A stretch of DNA of 62,724 nucleotides, filler included. It is 7 parts of 7 records of this genome, joined end to end, with 100 filler letters (N's around TTAATTAATTAA, not from the genome) between each part and the next. Parts side by side here need not be neighbours in the genome. Positions count along the whole stretch, not along the records: positions 16,844 to 24,909 come from SRR31147125_19583; positions 25,010 to 30,358 come from SRR31147125_19602; positions 30,459 to 48,525 come from SRR31147125_19606; 4 more parts are not named here. One strand, given 5' to 3'. This document shows, piece after piece, positions 21,698 through 33,174 of the stretch (positions are counted from its first letter, which is position 1; every line of letters starts with the position of its first letter). Below the pieces are notes generated by a model. That model was not told the origin of the DNA. It saw only the letters and a program-made list of their open reading frames with translations, and searched no databases. Made by a program: the position numbers and the translations under genes.

Positions 21698-24220
21698 TCA
21701 TTTTATCTGGTGCTTCACGCTCTTCTTCGTCCCTCTGGTGGCAACGGCGCTCAGGGGATCGTCCGGCCAGAAGTGCCTGGGGTATCTTCCCTTGAGTTCC
21801 TTTTTGATTTCCGGATAGGTACGCTGCCAGAACCCCGCGAGATCATCCGTCACCTGCAGCGGCCGCTGGGCGGGTGAGAGGAGATGCAGCAGGACGGGGA
21901 CGGTACCGTCGCAGATGACCGGCGTCTCCCGGGTGCCGAACATTTCCTGAATGCGGACGGCAAGAAAGGGAGGGGCATCGTGGGTATAGCGAAGCCGAAT
22001 CCTTGACCCGCTGGCCACGCTTAAGGTGGTCGGAGCGAGGCGCGCCAGGGCCTGCTGTTCTTCCCACTTCAGCATGGACATGAATATCTCTCTCAGATTC
22101 AGCCGTTTCAGGTGTGCGGCTCTGTTCATGCCCGAAAGATACGGTGTCAGCCAGCACAGGTCCCGGATCAGGTTGTCATCACTGAGGTCGGGCCAGGACT
22201 CGTCGGGTTGCCATGAGCGGAGACAGGATATCCTGGCCTGGAGCTGGCGTGACTCTCTGTCCCAGGGCAGGCATTCTATTCCCATTGTCATGATGCCGTC
22301 CTCGAGGGCCTGGACCACCTGGTCAGGGGGGATCTCGCGGGCGGGGTGTTCTTCGACGACGATGGCACCCAGGCAGAGGCGCTCAGCGGCAACAACTTTT
22401 CCGGTAGTGTTGTCCCAGTAGACCGCAGTCTTCTCGCTCAGCAGGCCGCCGTGTTCCCGGCGCACGTCTTCAAGAGACAACGGTGCGGCAAGAAAGATTC
22501 TCCCCTGTTGAGCACCGGCATCAAGGCTGGGGATAACGAGGTAGTCACTGTTCGATAACGGGTCGAAGTCCGGGAGTGCTGCGCCGCGACCGGATGACAG
22601 GTGGTAGCGTTCCCGCTGCCCCGGGCGGCGTCGGGCAATCCGGTCCGGATACGCAAAGCTCAGCAGGAGACCGGCGGCTTCCGGGGAGCAGGGTTTTGGC
22701 TGTTCCTGCATCCGTTTCAGCCAGGCGCGTGCACTTTTGTCGACCCGGCTGCATGCCCCGGTATCTCCACCCTGGCTCGCACTGGTGTGATCTTTTTCTT
22801 ACGCCACATCTCGAGCAGGTTCAGTCTGATGAGCAGATCAGCGGTTGCGTTATCGGAATTTTTGCGCAGGATGTCGCGTTCCGATAGCAGGGCCGCCAGA
22901 TCGCATGCCAGTGTGGTCTGGCCTCGTTTTTTACCCTGGAGCAGCATGTGGCCAAGCCGGGGGTGGACGGCAAGGCTGGCCAGCTGTCTGCCGGTTCCGG
23001 TTATCGTACCTGAGCCGGTTACCGCGTTCAGTGAAATGAGGAGCTCCAGCGCCTGCTGGTAACTACCGTCACGAGGGGGTGAGCCAGAGCATCTCCGCCG
23101 GGTCTCGGACTCCCCACAGCGCCAGCTCCAGGGCGAGTTGCGCGAGGTCTGTATCGACAATCTCCGGCGGGTGAAAGGGGAGCAGGCTGTAGTGTTCCTC
23201 CCTGGTCCAGAGCCGCAGGCAGTGACCGGGACCAAGCCGTCCTGCCCTGCCGGCCCGCTGGTCTGCCGCAGCTTTTGAAACACGAACGGTGACAAGCCTG
23301 GAGAGACCGCTGCCCGGGTGAAACCGGGGGCGTCGCGACCAGCCGCTGTCAACCACACAGCTGATGCCGTCGATCGTGAGGCTGGTTTCGGCAATGGACG
23401 TCGAGAGGATGATCCGTCTGCGTCCACCCGGATCGGGGGTAAGCGCCTGATCCTGTTCCTTCTGGGAAAGATTTCCGTAGAGCGGTGCAATACGTGTGTC
23501 GCCCAGATCCGGATCATCCCGGAGTCGCCGGGCTACACCTTGTATCTCAGCTGCTCCGGGGAGAAAGGCGAGAACATCGCCCGGCTTTTCCCTGCACACG
23601 CGTCGTATGCCTGCAGCAGTCGTATCGGCTGTTGTGCCGGTGGCTCGTTTCGCCAGGTAGTCGACATGGACAGGATGGCTGCCGCCGTCGCCCGTGACCA
23701 CCGGTACGTTGCCCAGGAGCTCGGAAATGGGGCCGGTATCAAGGGTCGCCGACATGACCAGGATGCGCAGATCGTCACGAAGCTGGCAGAGGTCTAGACA
23801 GAGGGCGAGGGCGAGGTCCGCATGGAGCGAGCGCTCGTGGAACTCGTCAAAAATGATAAGTCCGATGTCCTGCAGTTCCGTATCATGCTGGATTCGCCTG
23901 GTCAGGATTCCCTCGGTGACCACTTCGATCCGGGTAGCCGGGGATACCTGTCGGTCGAAACGGATCTGGTAGCCGATGGTCCGGCTGAGAGGTTCGCCCA
24001 GCAGGGATGCCATCCTGGCGGCAGCGGCTCGGGTCGCCAGGCGTCTCGGCTCCAGGATCACTATTTTTCTGCCCTGCAACCACGGCTCATCGAGGAGGGC
24101 GAGGGGGACAATGGTCGTCTTCCCGGAACCGGGTGGCGCCGCCAGCACTGCCGACCCGTCGCACAGCGCATCTTTCAACTCGGGGAGGACAGTGTTGACG
24201 GGTAAATTCGGTAGTTGCAT
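21698..24220 (-). CDS. hrpB: ATP-dependent RNA helicase HrpB, split by frameshifts
   Basis: APPGSGKTT, DEFHER, MSAT, TSIAETSLTIDG, QRAGRAGR, HA2 region HPRLGHML, C-terminal LLSPAQRPLQVT...KGRYPRHFWPDDP. Confidence 0.95.
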
Positions 24221-24385
24221 AAAACTCGCGGAAAACGGATCTCGTTTCTGATTTCCTGCAGGAACAGAGCGAGAGGGTTGAAGTCAGGGAATACGTGTGT
24301 ACGGCTGTGGCTGCGTCCCTATTGTACCAGCAGATAATTGCCCGGCAAGAGTAATGTGGCTGACCGGACCTGTGTGTGCTATCGG

Positions 24386-24909
24386 CTAATACCCCTTCCG
24401 TGCCAGCAGCGCTTCAATATAGCGTGACTGCAGCTGTTTACTGGCGAGGATCTGTTTTACCGGCGGAAGTTTGAAAATTACCCCCAGCAATGCCGCCAGC
24501 GCCCGATGGCTGAACAATACCCGGTTATCAAAAATCAGATGCTGAAGTTTCCCTCGTTCAATCGCCATGAGCACGATCCGGTAGGCGCTGCTGACCGGGG
24601 TGACAACTTTTTCCGCACGGGGGCTCAGCGTTATCGAGTCAGTGGGGCAGGCGCGAACACAGAGGCCGCAGCCCAGGCAGATGGTTTCGTCCAGACGGGA
24701 CTTTCTTTTTTCGGCTTGTGCGGGTCATTGGCGGAAACCAAGGACAGCGCCTCGACGGGGCAAGTATCAACACAGCGGCCGCACCCTTTGCAGTTCTCTG
24801 CTGCCAGAACAGGAATATAGTTTGTTGTGTGGACCGGGTGCAGATGGGCGAAACGCTTGGCCGCGAGCATCGCCTCGCAGCAGCACCCGCAGCAGTTGCA
24901 GATGAAGTT
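24386..24909 (-). CDS. 4Fe-4S dicluster protein (5' truncated, frameshifted)
   Basis: ICNCCGCCC and CKGCGRCVDTCP motifs; a second CxxCxxCxxxC in a shifted frame; tail AIERGKLQHLIFD. Confidence 0.8.
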
Positions 24910-25009
24910 NNNNNNNNNNNNNNNNNNNNNNNNNNNNNNNNNNNNNNNNNNNNTTAATTAATTAANNNNNNNNNNNNNNNNNNNNNNNNNNNNNNNNNNN
25001 NNNNNNNNN
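24910..25009. other. Artificial contig spacer
   Basis: N-run containing TTAATTAATTAA. Confidence 0.98.
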
Positions 25010-25072
25010 TGTTTTTGTCAAGTTATCTTGTCATGAACCAAATTTTAGTAATAGATATTTATACTGTTTAAG

Positions 25073-25111
25073 AAAATAAAGCAGTGGCTTATTCAGCCAC
25101 TGCTTTATTTT
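25073..25111. terminator. Intrinsic terminator after cdsA
   Basis: aaaataaagcagtggct-tattc-agccactgctttatttt. Confidence 0.8.
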
Positions 25112-25138
25112 ATAATATTTACCAAATTTCATTACCAA

Positions 25139-26023
25139 CTAAAACACAGCCGGTCTCGCTCCGCATACAAAAATCAGATACAAATATGCTACCGGAGCAT
25201 TGAGCAGCAGACTATCCAGCAGATCCATTACACCACCATACCCTGGCAGAGAATTTCCCGCATCTTTAAACTGCGCCTCCCTCTTCATAGAAGACTCTAC
25301 CAGATCTCCCATCAAGCCAAGTACAGAAAGGATAATACCTAAAGGCAGAGCTTTAGCCCAGCCAATCTCTGCCATAGCAGAGTCAGGATGAAGTAGAATC
25401 ACAACTGCTATAAGAGCCATACTGGACAGCATCCCGCCAATAAAGCCTTCCCAGCTTTTCTTCGGAGATATTGCCGGCCACAATTTGGTTTTACCATATT
25501 TTTTTCCTACAAGCAACCCAGCGATATCACATATCTTGCTGCCACAGAAAAATACCACTACAAACTCCAGACCATCATACTCCCAACCATGCCGTACTTC
25601 CAGATACCTCATTCTCCCTAGAAAAGAAAGCAAAACCCAGAAGTATCCTACCCCAAAAATCGTAGTAGCAATATTACCAAGCGCTCTCTCAGTACCTCTG
25701 AAAATCGGTTGATACAATAAAGTCAACACAATAAACACAGCCAATAACATCCAATCATAACCAGGCAACCCTGCCAAAGGAGGATATATAGTCGAAAGCT
25801 GTTGCACTATATAAAGCAAAAGACAACTTCCTATCCCTAAAAGAGTAAATGGTTTATGCCCCTGTACACGAGCCAGACGGTAATACTCCCCAACTGCCCA
25901 GCTACAAAAGATAGCTTGAAATATGGTCATTGCCCAGGCACTGCCGGCTCTGGCATCAAGCCAGATAAACCCAACCATCAAGAAAAACAAAGGCACACCT
26001 AGAATCAACCTCATTCCCAACAT
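25139..26023 (-). CDS. cdsA: Phosphatidate cytidylyltransferase
   Basis: ISPKKSWEGFIGG and GDLVESSMKREAQFKDAGNSLPGYGGVMDLLDS. Follows uppS. Confidence 0.95.
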   Translation of the reverse strand: MLGMRLILGVPLFFLMVGFIWLDARAGSAWAMTIFQAIFCSWAVGEYYRLARVQGHKPFTLLGIGSCLLLYIVQQLSTIYPPLAGLPGYDWMLLAVFIVLTLLYQPIFRGTERALGNIATTIFGVGYFWVLLSFLGRMRYLEVRHGWEYDGLEFVVVFFCGSKICDIAGLLVGKKYGKTKLWPAISPKKSWEGFIGGMLSSMALIAVVILLHPDSAMAEIGWAKALPLGIILSVLGLMGDLVESSMKREAQFKDAGNSLPGYGGVMDLLDSLLLNAPVAYLYLIFVCGARPAVF

Positions 26024-26058
26024 TATTACTACTCCATTATCTTATTATATTAAATTAA

Positions 26059-26785
26059 TTAATTCTCTAATTTATCACTCTCAAAAACGTTACCAAATTT
26101 ACGTACTCTTAGCTCATAATCTCTTAATGCACTAATAAAATCATCTCTGGAAAAATCTGGCTAAAGCTTTTGTCGCATATAATTCTGCATAACTCAACTG
26201 CCAAAGCATAAAGTTTGATAGCCGTAATTCTCCAGCAGTTCTGATAAGAAAATCCGGATCAGGCATACCTGCAGTATCAAGGTATGACGTAATAAGGCTC
26301 TCATCAATATCCTCACTTTTTACTGAATCAGCAGATATTTTTCTTATAGCCCGTACAATTTCATCTCTCCCGCCATAACTCAACGCAAGCGTCAGAGTCC
26401 GCTTAAAATTATACTGCGCCAATTCTGCAATTGCTGAACCAAGCTTACACCTCACATCCTCAGGCAGATCGTCAATATTGCCGATTACCCGCAGTGCCAC
26501 CTGCCGTTTTTTCAATTTTTCCACTTCTGACTGAAGGTACTCTGCCAGCAAACCCATCAAGGCATCAACTTCTTCTTTTGAACGCTGCCAATTTTCTGTG
26601 GAGAATGCATAAGCAGTCAGATAGTCAATTCCGAATTCTTCACAATACTCCAGCACTTTCCGCAAAACCTCTACCCCTTTTGCGTGGCCATGACTCCTAG
26701 GCAACCCCTGCATCTCAGCCCACCTGCCATTACCATCCATTATTACTGCTACATGCTGTGGTAAACTCAAAAAGCTCTCTGACAT
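26059..26785 (-). CDS. uppS: Undecaprenyl diphosphate synthase (frameshift near the 3' end)
   Basis: HVAVIMDGNGRWA, YAFSTENW, DPDFLIRTAGELRLSNFMLWQ. The PDFSR...RKFG tail continues in another frame to a stop at 26059. Confidence 0.95.
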
Positions 26786-26925
26786 ATTTGCTATTAATTT
26801 CCTTCATAACAGTAATATTTATCCGAATATTGCCTTATTATTTTTAGTATACTCATTATTATTTTAACTCCTAAATTAAAATAAAAAAAATGCCGTTTTT
26901 AAGATATATCTCTGATTAATGGTTA

Positions 26926-26953
26926 TTGACAAAAATTTATTCTTAATTATAAT
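26926..26953 (+). promoter_or_regulatory. sigma70 promoter for ptsI
   Basis: TTGACA-N16-TATAAT. Confidence 0.7.
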
Positions 26954-27058
26954 TTTAGTAATAGTACATGTGAGAATCTTATTGAGTAATCTTACAAAAG
27001 TATGCTTACATATTAAATAAATATTAGTATTAATGAATCTCCTCCGAAAGACAGCATT

Positions 27059-28831
27059 ATGGAAATTTTAAAAGGTATTCCAGTATCTCCAGGCTTTGCA
27101 ATTGGTGAAGCATTTGTATTGGGTAATGAAGAATCTGTAATACCACGACGCTTTATTTCTGTTGCAGAAATAGACAATGAATTTGACCGTTTCCATGCTG
27201 CAGTAGAAAATGCAAAATCTGACATAAAAGATTTACAGGATAAAATTCGTTCTGATGAAATAGGCTCTGAAGCTGTCCCTATCTTTGATGCACACATTCT
27301 TATCCTTGATGACGCATCCCTACATCAGGAAGTTCTAAATCGCATTAGTAAAAACAGATTCTCTGCGGAGTATGCAGTAAGTAGATCACTACGTAAGTAT
27401 GAAAAAGCATTTGCAAAAATAGATGATGCCTACCTTGCCCAGCGTATCAGTGATCTCCATGATATTGAAAGACGCCTGTTACGTGCATTACTCGGCGAAC
27501 GCAAAGAAGATCTCAAACAACTCGACAGACAGGTAGTCGTTGTTGCTCACGACCTTACTCCGACTCAGACAGCATCCATGGATAGAGAACACGTTATCGG
27601 TTTCTCTACCGATGTAGGCGGTCTGACCGGTCATACTGCAATTATCGCTCGCTCACGTGAGTTGCCTGCTGTTGTCGGTCTGGAGACAGCAACCAGCGAT
27701 ATCTCCAGCGGAGACACCCTGATTATCGACGGTAACAGAGGTATTGTAATTGTCAATCCGAATCAGGAAACTCTTGAAACCTATGAACGCCTGACCTCAG
27801 ACTATCATGTTTTTGAAAAATCGCTGATTGGTGAAAAAGACCTTCCCGCCGAGACAATCGATGGCACAACCATCAGAGTAAGTGCTAATATCGAATTTCC
27901 AAACGAAATCGATGCGGTATTCCGTACCGGTGGTGAAGGTATTGGACTATACAGAACAGAATTCTTATACCTCAGTTCCAACACTGTACCTGATGAAGAA
28001 GCCCACTGGAAAGCCTATAAACAAGCTATAGAAAATCTTCCAGAGCAGAAAGTCACTATCAGAACACTGGATCTAGGTGCTGATAAATTCTTCCACCTTG
28101 AGAAGAATATAGGTAATGAAGACAAGGCTCTGCTGAATGAACGCAACCCTGTGCTTGGCTGCCGTGCAATCCGTTATTGCGCTCGTCACCCAAAGCTATT
28201 CAAAGCTCAGATCAGAGCAATCTGCAGAGCGAGTGCGCTTGGTAAAGTCAATCTTATGGTACCGATGATCAGTTGCCGAGAAGAGGTAGAGTATGTAATC
28301 CAGCTGGTTCGTAAAGAACAAGAAATACTTGATGAAGAAGGTATCGATTTCGACCCTGCAATGCCGATAGGTATTATGGTTGAAGTCCCTTCTGTAGCTA
28401 TAGATATCGAGAATTACCTTGATATCTGTGATTTTTTCAGCATCGGCACAAATGATCTGACTCAGTATACAATAGCTGTAGACAGAACCAATGAACATGT
28501 TGCCAACCTCTATAGCCCAACAAACCCTGCCGTCTTAAAACTACTTACCAACGTAATTAATGTTGGTAATGAAAACAACATACCTGTAAGTATCTGTGGT
28601 GAAATAGCAGGTGACCCTACTTTTACCTTCTTATTACTAGGAATGGGACTCAAACACTTCTCTGTAAGCCCTCCATTGATCCCTGAGATCAAAAAGTTAA
28701 TTCGTTCTATAACTATGGATGAAGCAAAGGCAATTGCAGAGGAAGCGCAAAAGCTCAAGACAGCGCGTGAAATAACAACTTATTTACGCAATAATACCCG
28801 TAAATTTCAGCCAGACTGGTCTTTCAATTAA
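27059..28831 (+). CDS. ptsI: PTS enzyme I (PEP-protein phosphotransferase)
   Basis: GGLTGHTAIIARS phospho-His motif, GIGLYRTEFLY, IRTLDLGADK, FFSIGTNDLTQY, SICGE. Confidence 0.97.
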   Translation: MEILKGIPVSPGFAIGEAFVLGNEESVIPRRFISVAEIDNEFDRFHAAVENAKSDIKDLQDKIRSDEIGSEAVPIFDAHILILDDASLHQEVLNRISKNRFSAEYAVSRSLRKYEKAFAKIDDAYLAQRISDLHDIERRLLRALLGERKEDLKQLDRQVVVVAHDLTPTQTASMDREHVIGFSTDVGGLTGHTAIIARSRELPAVVGLETATSDISSGDTLIIDGNRGIVIVNPNQETLETYERLTSDYHVFEKSLIGEKDLPAETIDGTTIRVSANIEFPNEIDAVFRTGGEGIGLYRTEFLYLSSNTVPDEEAHWKAYKQAIENLPEQKVTIRTLDLGADKFFHLEKNIGNEDKALLNERNPVLGCRAIRYCARHPKLFKAQIRAICRASALGKVNLMVPMISCREEVEYVIQLVRKEQEILDEEGIDFDPAMPIGIMVEVPSVAIDIENYLDICDFFSIGTNDLTQYTIAVDRTNEHVANLYSPTNPAVLKLLTNVINVGNENNIPVSICGEIAGDPTFTFLLLGMGLKHFSVSPPLIPEIKKLIRSITMDEAKAIAEEAQKLKTAREITTYLRNNTRKFQPDWSFN

Positions 28832-29419
28832 AAAAATGATTGACCTTTATCTTATTTAAGCTATAATAATACATATAGGTAATGATTTCGAGAATTTATT
28901 ATCTAAATGAACTATTGTGCTAAAACAATAAATATACAGTCAGATAATATTAAACTTTCGCTTTAATATTATTTTCATAAAAGTTTTATTCCTATTCACA
29001 TACTGTATATTTAACTGCTGATATCTTTAATCTCATGAAAAAGTTATGCTTCCTGATTAAAGAATTAGGGGTACTCTCTGATAAGGTATAATATTAATTT
29101 ATTCATAAACCTTATTACAATCGATAAGAATAAGCGATTACACTGCTTATCTCATTGGTCTACGCATAAAAGCCTTTATTCGAACGTTACAAATGTTCAG
29201 ATATCTCGATCAAAAGAGCTTTCATCAGACCATATAACATAATCGATGCCGTCACAGCAAATTCAAATGCTATAATTTTAATAACGTTTTAAAATAAATA
29301 GCTGGGAGTACTAGGTAAAAAATCATATTGTAAGCAGTTCCAATATTATATTTCGCATATGCTTTAAAGAAATATAAAGGTACTGTTCTTATTCGTTAAT
29401 ATTAATTATGAGGAGCCTT

Positions 29420-30358
29420 ATGAGTATTTCTAACAGTACATTACACGAGAATACCAAAGAAATTACAGACCTGATCCTAAAAGCAAAAGAACTCGCTTTT
29501 AAGGAGACTGACAATGAACCAGAACCAGAACTAACCCAACCACTCAAGTGGCCAGTCAAATCTACTGTCGGCCCCGGACTTGAAGGAGCTATAGCTTGCG
29601 AGACAAAGATTGGGTACGTAAACGGTCGAAAAGGTTGGCTTGTCTATCGGGGCTATAATATCTTTGATCTCTGTGCATACTCGACTTATGAAGAAGTCTC
29701 TTACCTGTTGCTTCATGGTAATCTCCCTAACAAAGAAGAATATGAAGCTTTTAGGCGCAGTCTCGCAGAAGCCCGTGCTATTCCAAATTCATTACGCCTT
29801 ATGATGGGTTTTCCTATTCAGGAAATGAACCCAATGGCAGCCCTGCGTGTCGGCACCAACATGCTCAGACACCGCCTAACCTGGAAGGATCTTGATTCTA
29901 ATCATCAATCTTCAGACAGCTATAACACTGATGAAGATGCTATTCCTCAGGAAGATGCCACTTCATGGGGTGAAGAGCAGGCTATCTTCGAATTCAAAAA
30001 AGAATTACGTAAAGCCCAGAAGCCAAGCTCAGCCCGTGATAGTCAGGATGATGCTGAAGATATTATTTCATGTATACACTTAATCTCAGCAATGTCTGTA
30101 TTGACCGCTGCTATCTCACGTATCCGTCAAGGTCATATGCCTATCGAATGGAATATGGAGCTCAGCCATGCTGCTAATCTACTCTACATGATGACTGGCA
30201 AAATTCCAACACCGATTGAAGAACGTGTAATGGATGTTGCTCTTATTCTTCATGCAGATCACGGAATGAATGCAAGTACATTTGCCTCAATGGTTGTTGC
30301 GTCAACTCTCTCTGATATCTACTTCTCAGTCGGCTCAGGTATTGCAGCACTCAATGGT
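29420..30358 (+). CDS. gltA: Citrate synthase family protein (3' truncated)
   Basis: GLEGAIACETKI, LVYRGYNI, LLLHGNLP, ALILHADHGMNASTFA. GAGGAG RBS precedes the ATG at 29420. Confidence 0.88.
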
Positions 30359-30458
30359 NNNNNNNNNNNNNNNNNNNNNNNNNNNNNNNNNNNNNNNNNN
30401 NNTTAATTAATTAANNNNNNNNNNNNNNNNNNNNNNNNNNNNNNNNNNNNNNNNNNNN
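30359..30458. other. Artificial contig spacer
   Basis: N-run containing TTAATTAATTAA. Confidence 0.98.
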
Positions 30459-30769
30459 CAAAACCTTTATTGCCAACGGGACTTTTGGATATCCGTTTTG
30501 GATTACCCATTGCTGCAGGATTTGATTCCACCGAGTATACCATAAATATTCAGCCAGGAACGTATCGTCTGTTTGGTGCTCTCCTGATTGAATCAGGATC
30601 CCCAATAGGAGTTGAAAGTATTAAAGGTATCTATTATAAAAATGAAGGGGATATTTTCCCTGGTACGGTAAAAATACCTACTGATACATCACAAATTAAA
30701 GATATTGATATTCAAATTGACTTTAATAGCAACCTTTTTTCAGTATCGAAAAATACAACTCTGAATTAA
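30459..30769 (+). CDS. Hypothetical protein, C-terminal fragment (beta-rich)
   Basis: Open frame close to the contig start (EYTINIQPGTYRLFG), co-oriented with the TonB receptor. Confidence 0.55.
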
Positions 30770-30826
30770 CGATGTGCAATTAGCACATTCGCGGTAGAAC
30801 ATTAGATTAACTTTTGGTAACGTTTC

Positions 30827-33014
30827 ATGTTCGATAAAACAGTAACATATCGCGCTAAAAAATTCCTCGCAAACGCCATAATCGTTCCTGGCCTATGTTT
30901 GCAATTTTTGGTTACTACATTATCGTTTTCCCAAACCAACGGGATAATTGTGGGTACAATAAACGATGATCGGACGCAGGAACCGTTACCAGGCGTGAAT
31001 ATTATGCTCGTGGGAACCGTACTGGGTACGACATCAAATCTGAACGGTTACTTTACTCTGGACAATATCACACCGGGCACCTATCATATCCGAATCACGA
31101 TGATGGGCTACAAACGAATTGACGCAAAACAGGTGGTGGTTCAGAGTAACCAAACCACAACTCTGAATCTAAAAATGGTAGAAACGTTGATTGAAACACC
31201 AGAGTTGATTGTTACAGCGAACAAGCGGAGACAGAGCATCCAGGATTCTCCAAACAGTATTGGTGTTTTAACCAGTACAGATTTGAAAAAAGAGTGAAAT
31301 TTACCTTGATGATTTGCTTGAATATGCCTCTGGTGTTAATTTTATGGGATCTCAGGTTAATATTCGCGGTTCATCCGGTTTTAACTACGGCGCCGGAAGT
31401 CGTGTTCTCTTTCTGGTAGATGGTGTACCGCTTATGCCGGGTGATAGCGGGGACATTAAATGGGATATGATACCGGCAACTCAAATCGAACGGGTTGAGA
31501 TCGTCAAAGGAGCTGGCTCTGCACTTTATGGCTCCAGTGCCCTGGGAGGCTTTATCAATATCATAACAAAAGGGGCTTCACTAAAACCACAAACAAATAT
31601 AAGATTATCTGCCGGAGCTTATGACAAGCCAGCTTACAGTGAATGGGAATGGACAGACAGACTGCTTCATTTTGACGATGTCGATATAGACCATTCCAGA
31701 CAACTGGGGAAATCAGAACTTTTCTTTGCATTTGGTCGGCATCAGTCTACAGGCTATCGTCAGAATGGAAATTACCAGCGGTATAATGGTTCCGCTAAAA
31801 TCAAAACAAAATTAAATGCACAGCAAAATATAACTTTTTCAATCAATTATGAGGGTGGCGACAGGGGTTCCGGCTTACTCTGGCGAAGCCAAAGGCAAGC
31901 ACTCGAAGTCAATCCTGAGGCTATTGGAGATTATGTTGTCTCAAACAAATTGAGCGTGAACGCATTTCACCAATGGGCCATAAATAAAAACTTGAATTTT
32001 CAAACACGACTTTCCTATTTCAGAAACTATTGGAAAAATCTATTTCATGATAATGTGACAGCAACTACGGCTCACCGTTATGGTGTTGAAATTCAAGGGA
32101 ATTATCAGTTTTCAGAAAAAAACTCGCTCATTTTCGGTACAGAAGAAACTCTTGATCATGTAAACTCTCAGCTTGTTGGTTTGCATGATCAGTATGTGTT
32201 ATCTGCTTATATTCAGAACGAACGTAGTCTGTTACCGACCCTGCTATTAACGCTGGGTGCCCGATATGATTATCAATATGTTGATGTGGGATTTGAGGAT
32301 TCAAAATTAAGCCCAAAAATCGGACTCGTTTGGCATGCTCAATCTAATTTATCATTTCGCGCCAGCTCAGGGAGAGGATTTCGAGCGGCAAGTATGTCGG
32401 AACGTTTCTCAGACTCTATTTACTCTGGTCTTCGGCTTATTCCCAATGAAAACCTTAAATCGGAAACAGCCTGGTCGCACGAAATTGGATTAAACTGGAC
32501 TCCAAATTCCAAAATATACCTGGACGTGGCAGGATTTTTAAGTGACTATTGGGATCTCATCGAACCGGAACCTGATGAAACACAAACCATACAATTTGTA
32601 AATGTCACAAGGGCACGAATTTCCGGCATTGAAACAAATTTAGAATATACACCATTATCCAAAAATCTGGCTTTTAATATTGGCTACACTTTAATGAATC
32701 CCAGAGACCTGGATAATAACTCTGATCTTGCATACCGTTCAAAACATATCTTTACCGGCTCTGTCACTTATGACATTGGTGCATTTAGTCTGGGTACAGA
32801 CTATCGATTCATAGCAAGATTGTTACAAGTCAAATTATATCCAAATGATGACAGGGTTGCACAAAAAGTATTAAATATGCGAATATCCTGCCACATTGGC
32901 AAAACAACTCTGACGCTGAATGCCAATAATATATTCAACCACAATCATACACAGATGGAAAGAACGATCATGCCAATCCGGCATTACGTGGCAACACTTT
33001 CAACTCAGATATAA
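30827..33014 (+). CDS. TonB-dependent receptor, frameshifted at the A-run near 31286-31292
   Basis: ORF 30827-31297 (carboxypeptidase-regulatory-like domain, LIVTANK) plus 31314-33014 (IERVEIVKGAGSALYGSSALGG, LKSETA, NNIFN). Confidence 0.9.
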
Positions 33015-33174
33015 AATAAAACCTGCCTTTTTATTATGAACTCATCTTAATATCCTGTCATGTATCCAGAATTATATGCCTCAATACAATTAAAATATTT
33101 GTTTATTCATTATAATTTTTTGTATATTAACAAGTTTGGTTAATAAAACTTTAATTATCCCGAAAGGAGGAAAA

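Noticed and set aside
17973-24251. Long antisense/overlapping ORFs (e.g. 17973-18734, 20066-20986)
   Set aside because: Shadow ORFs of GC-rich genes, with no recognisable motifs.
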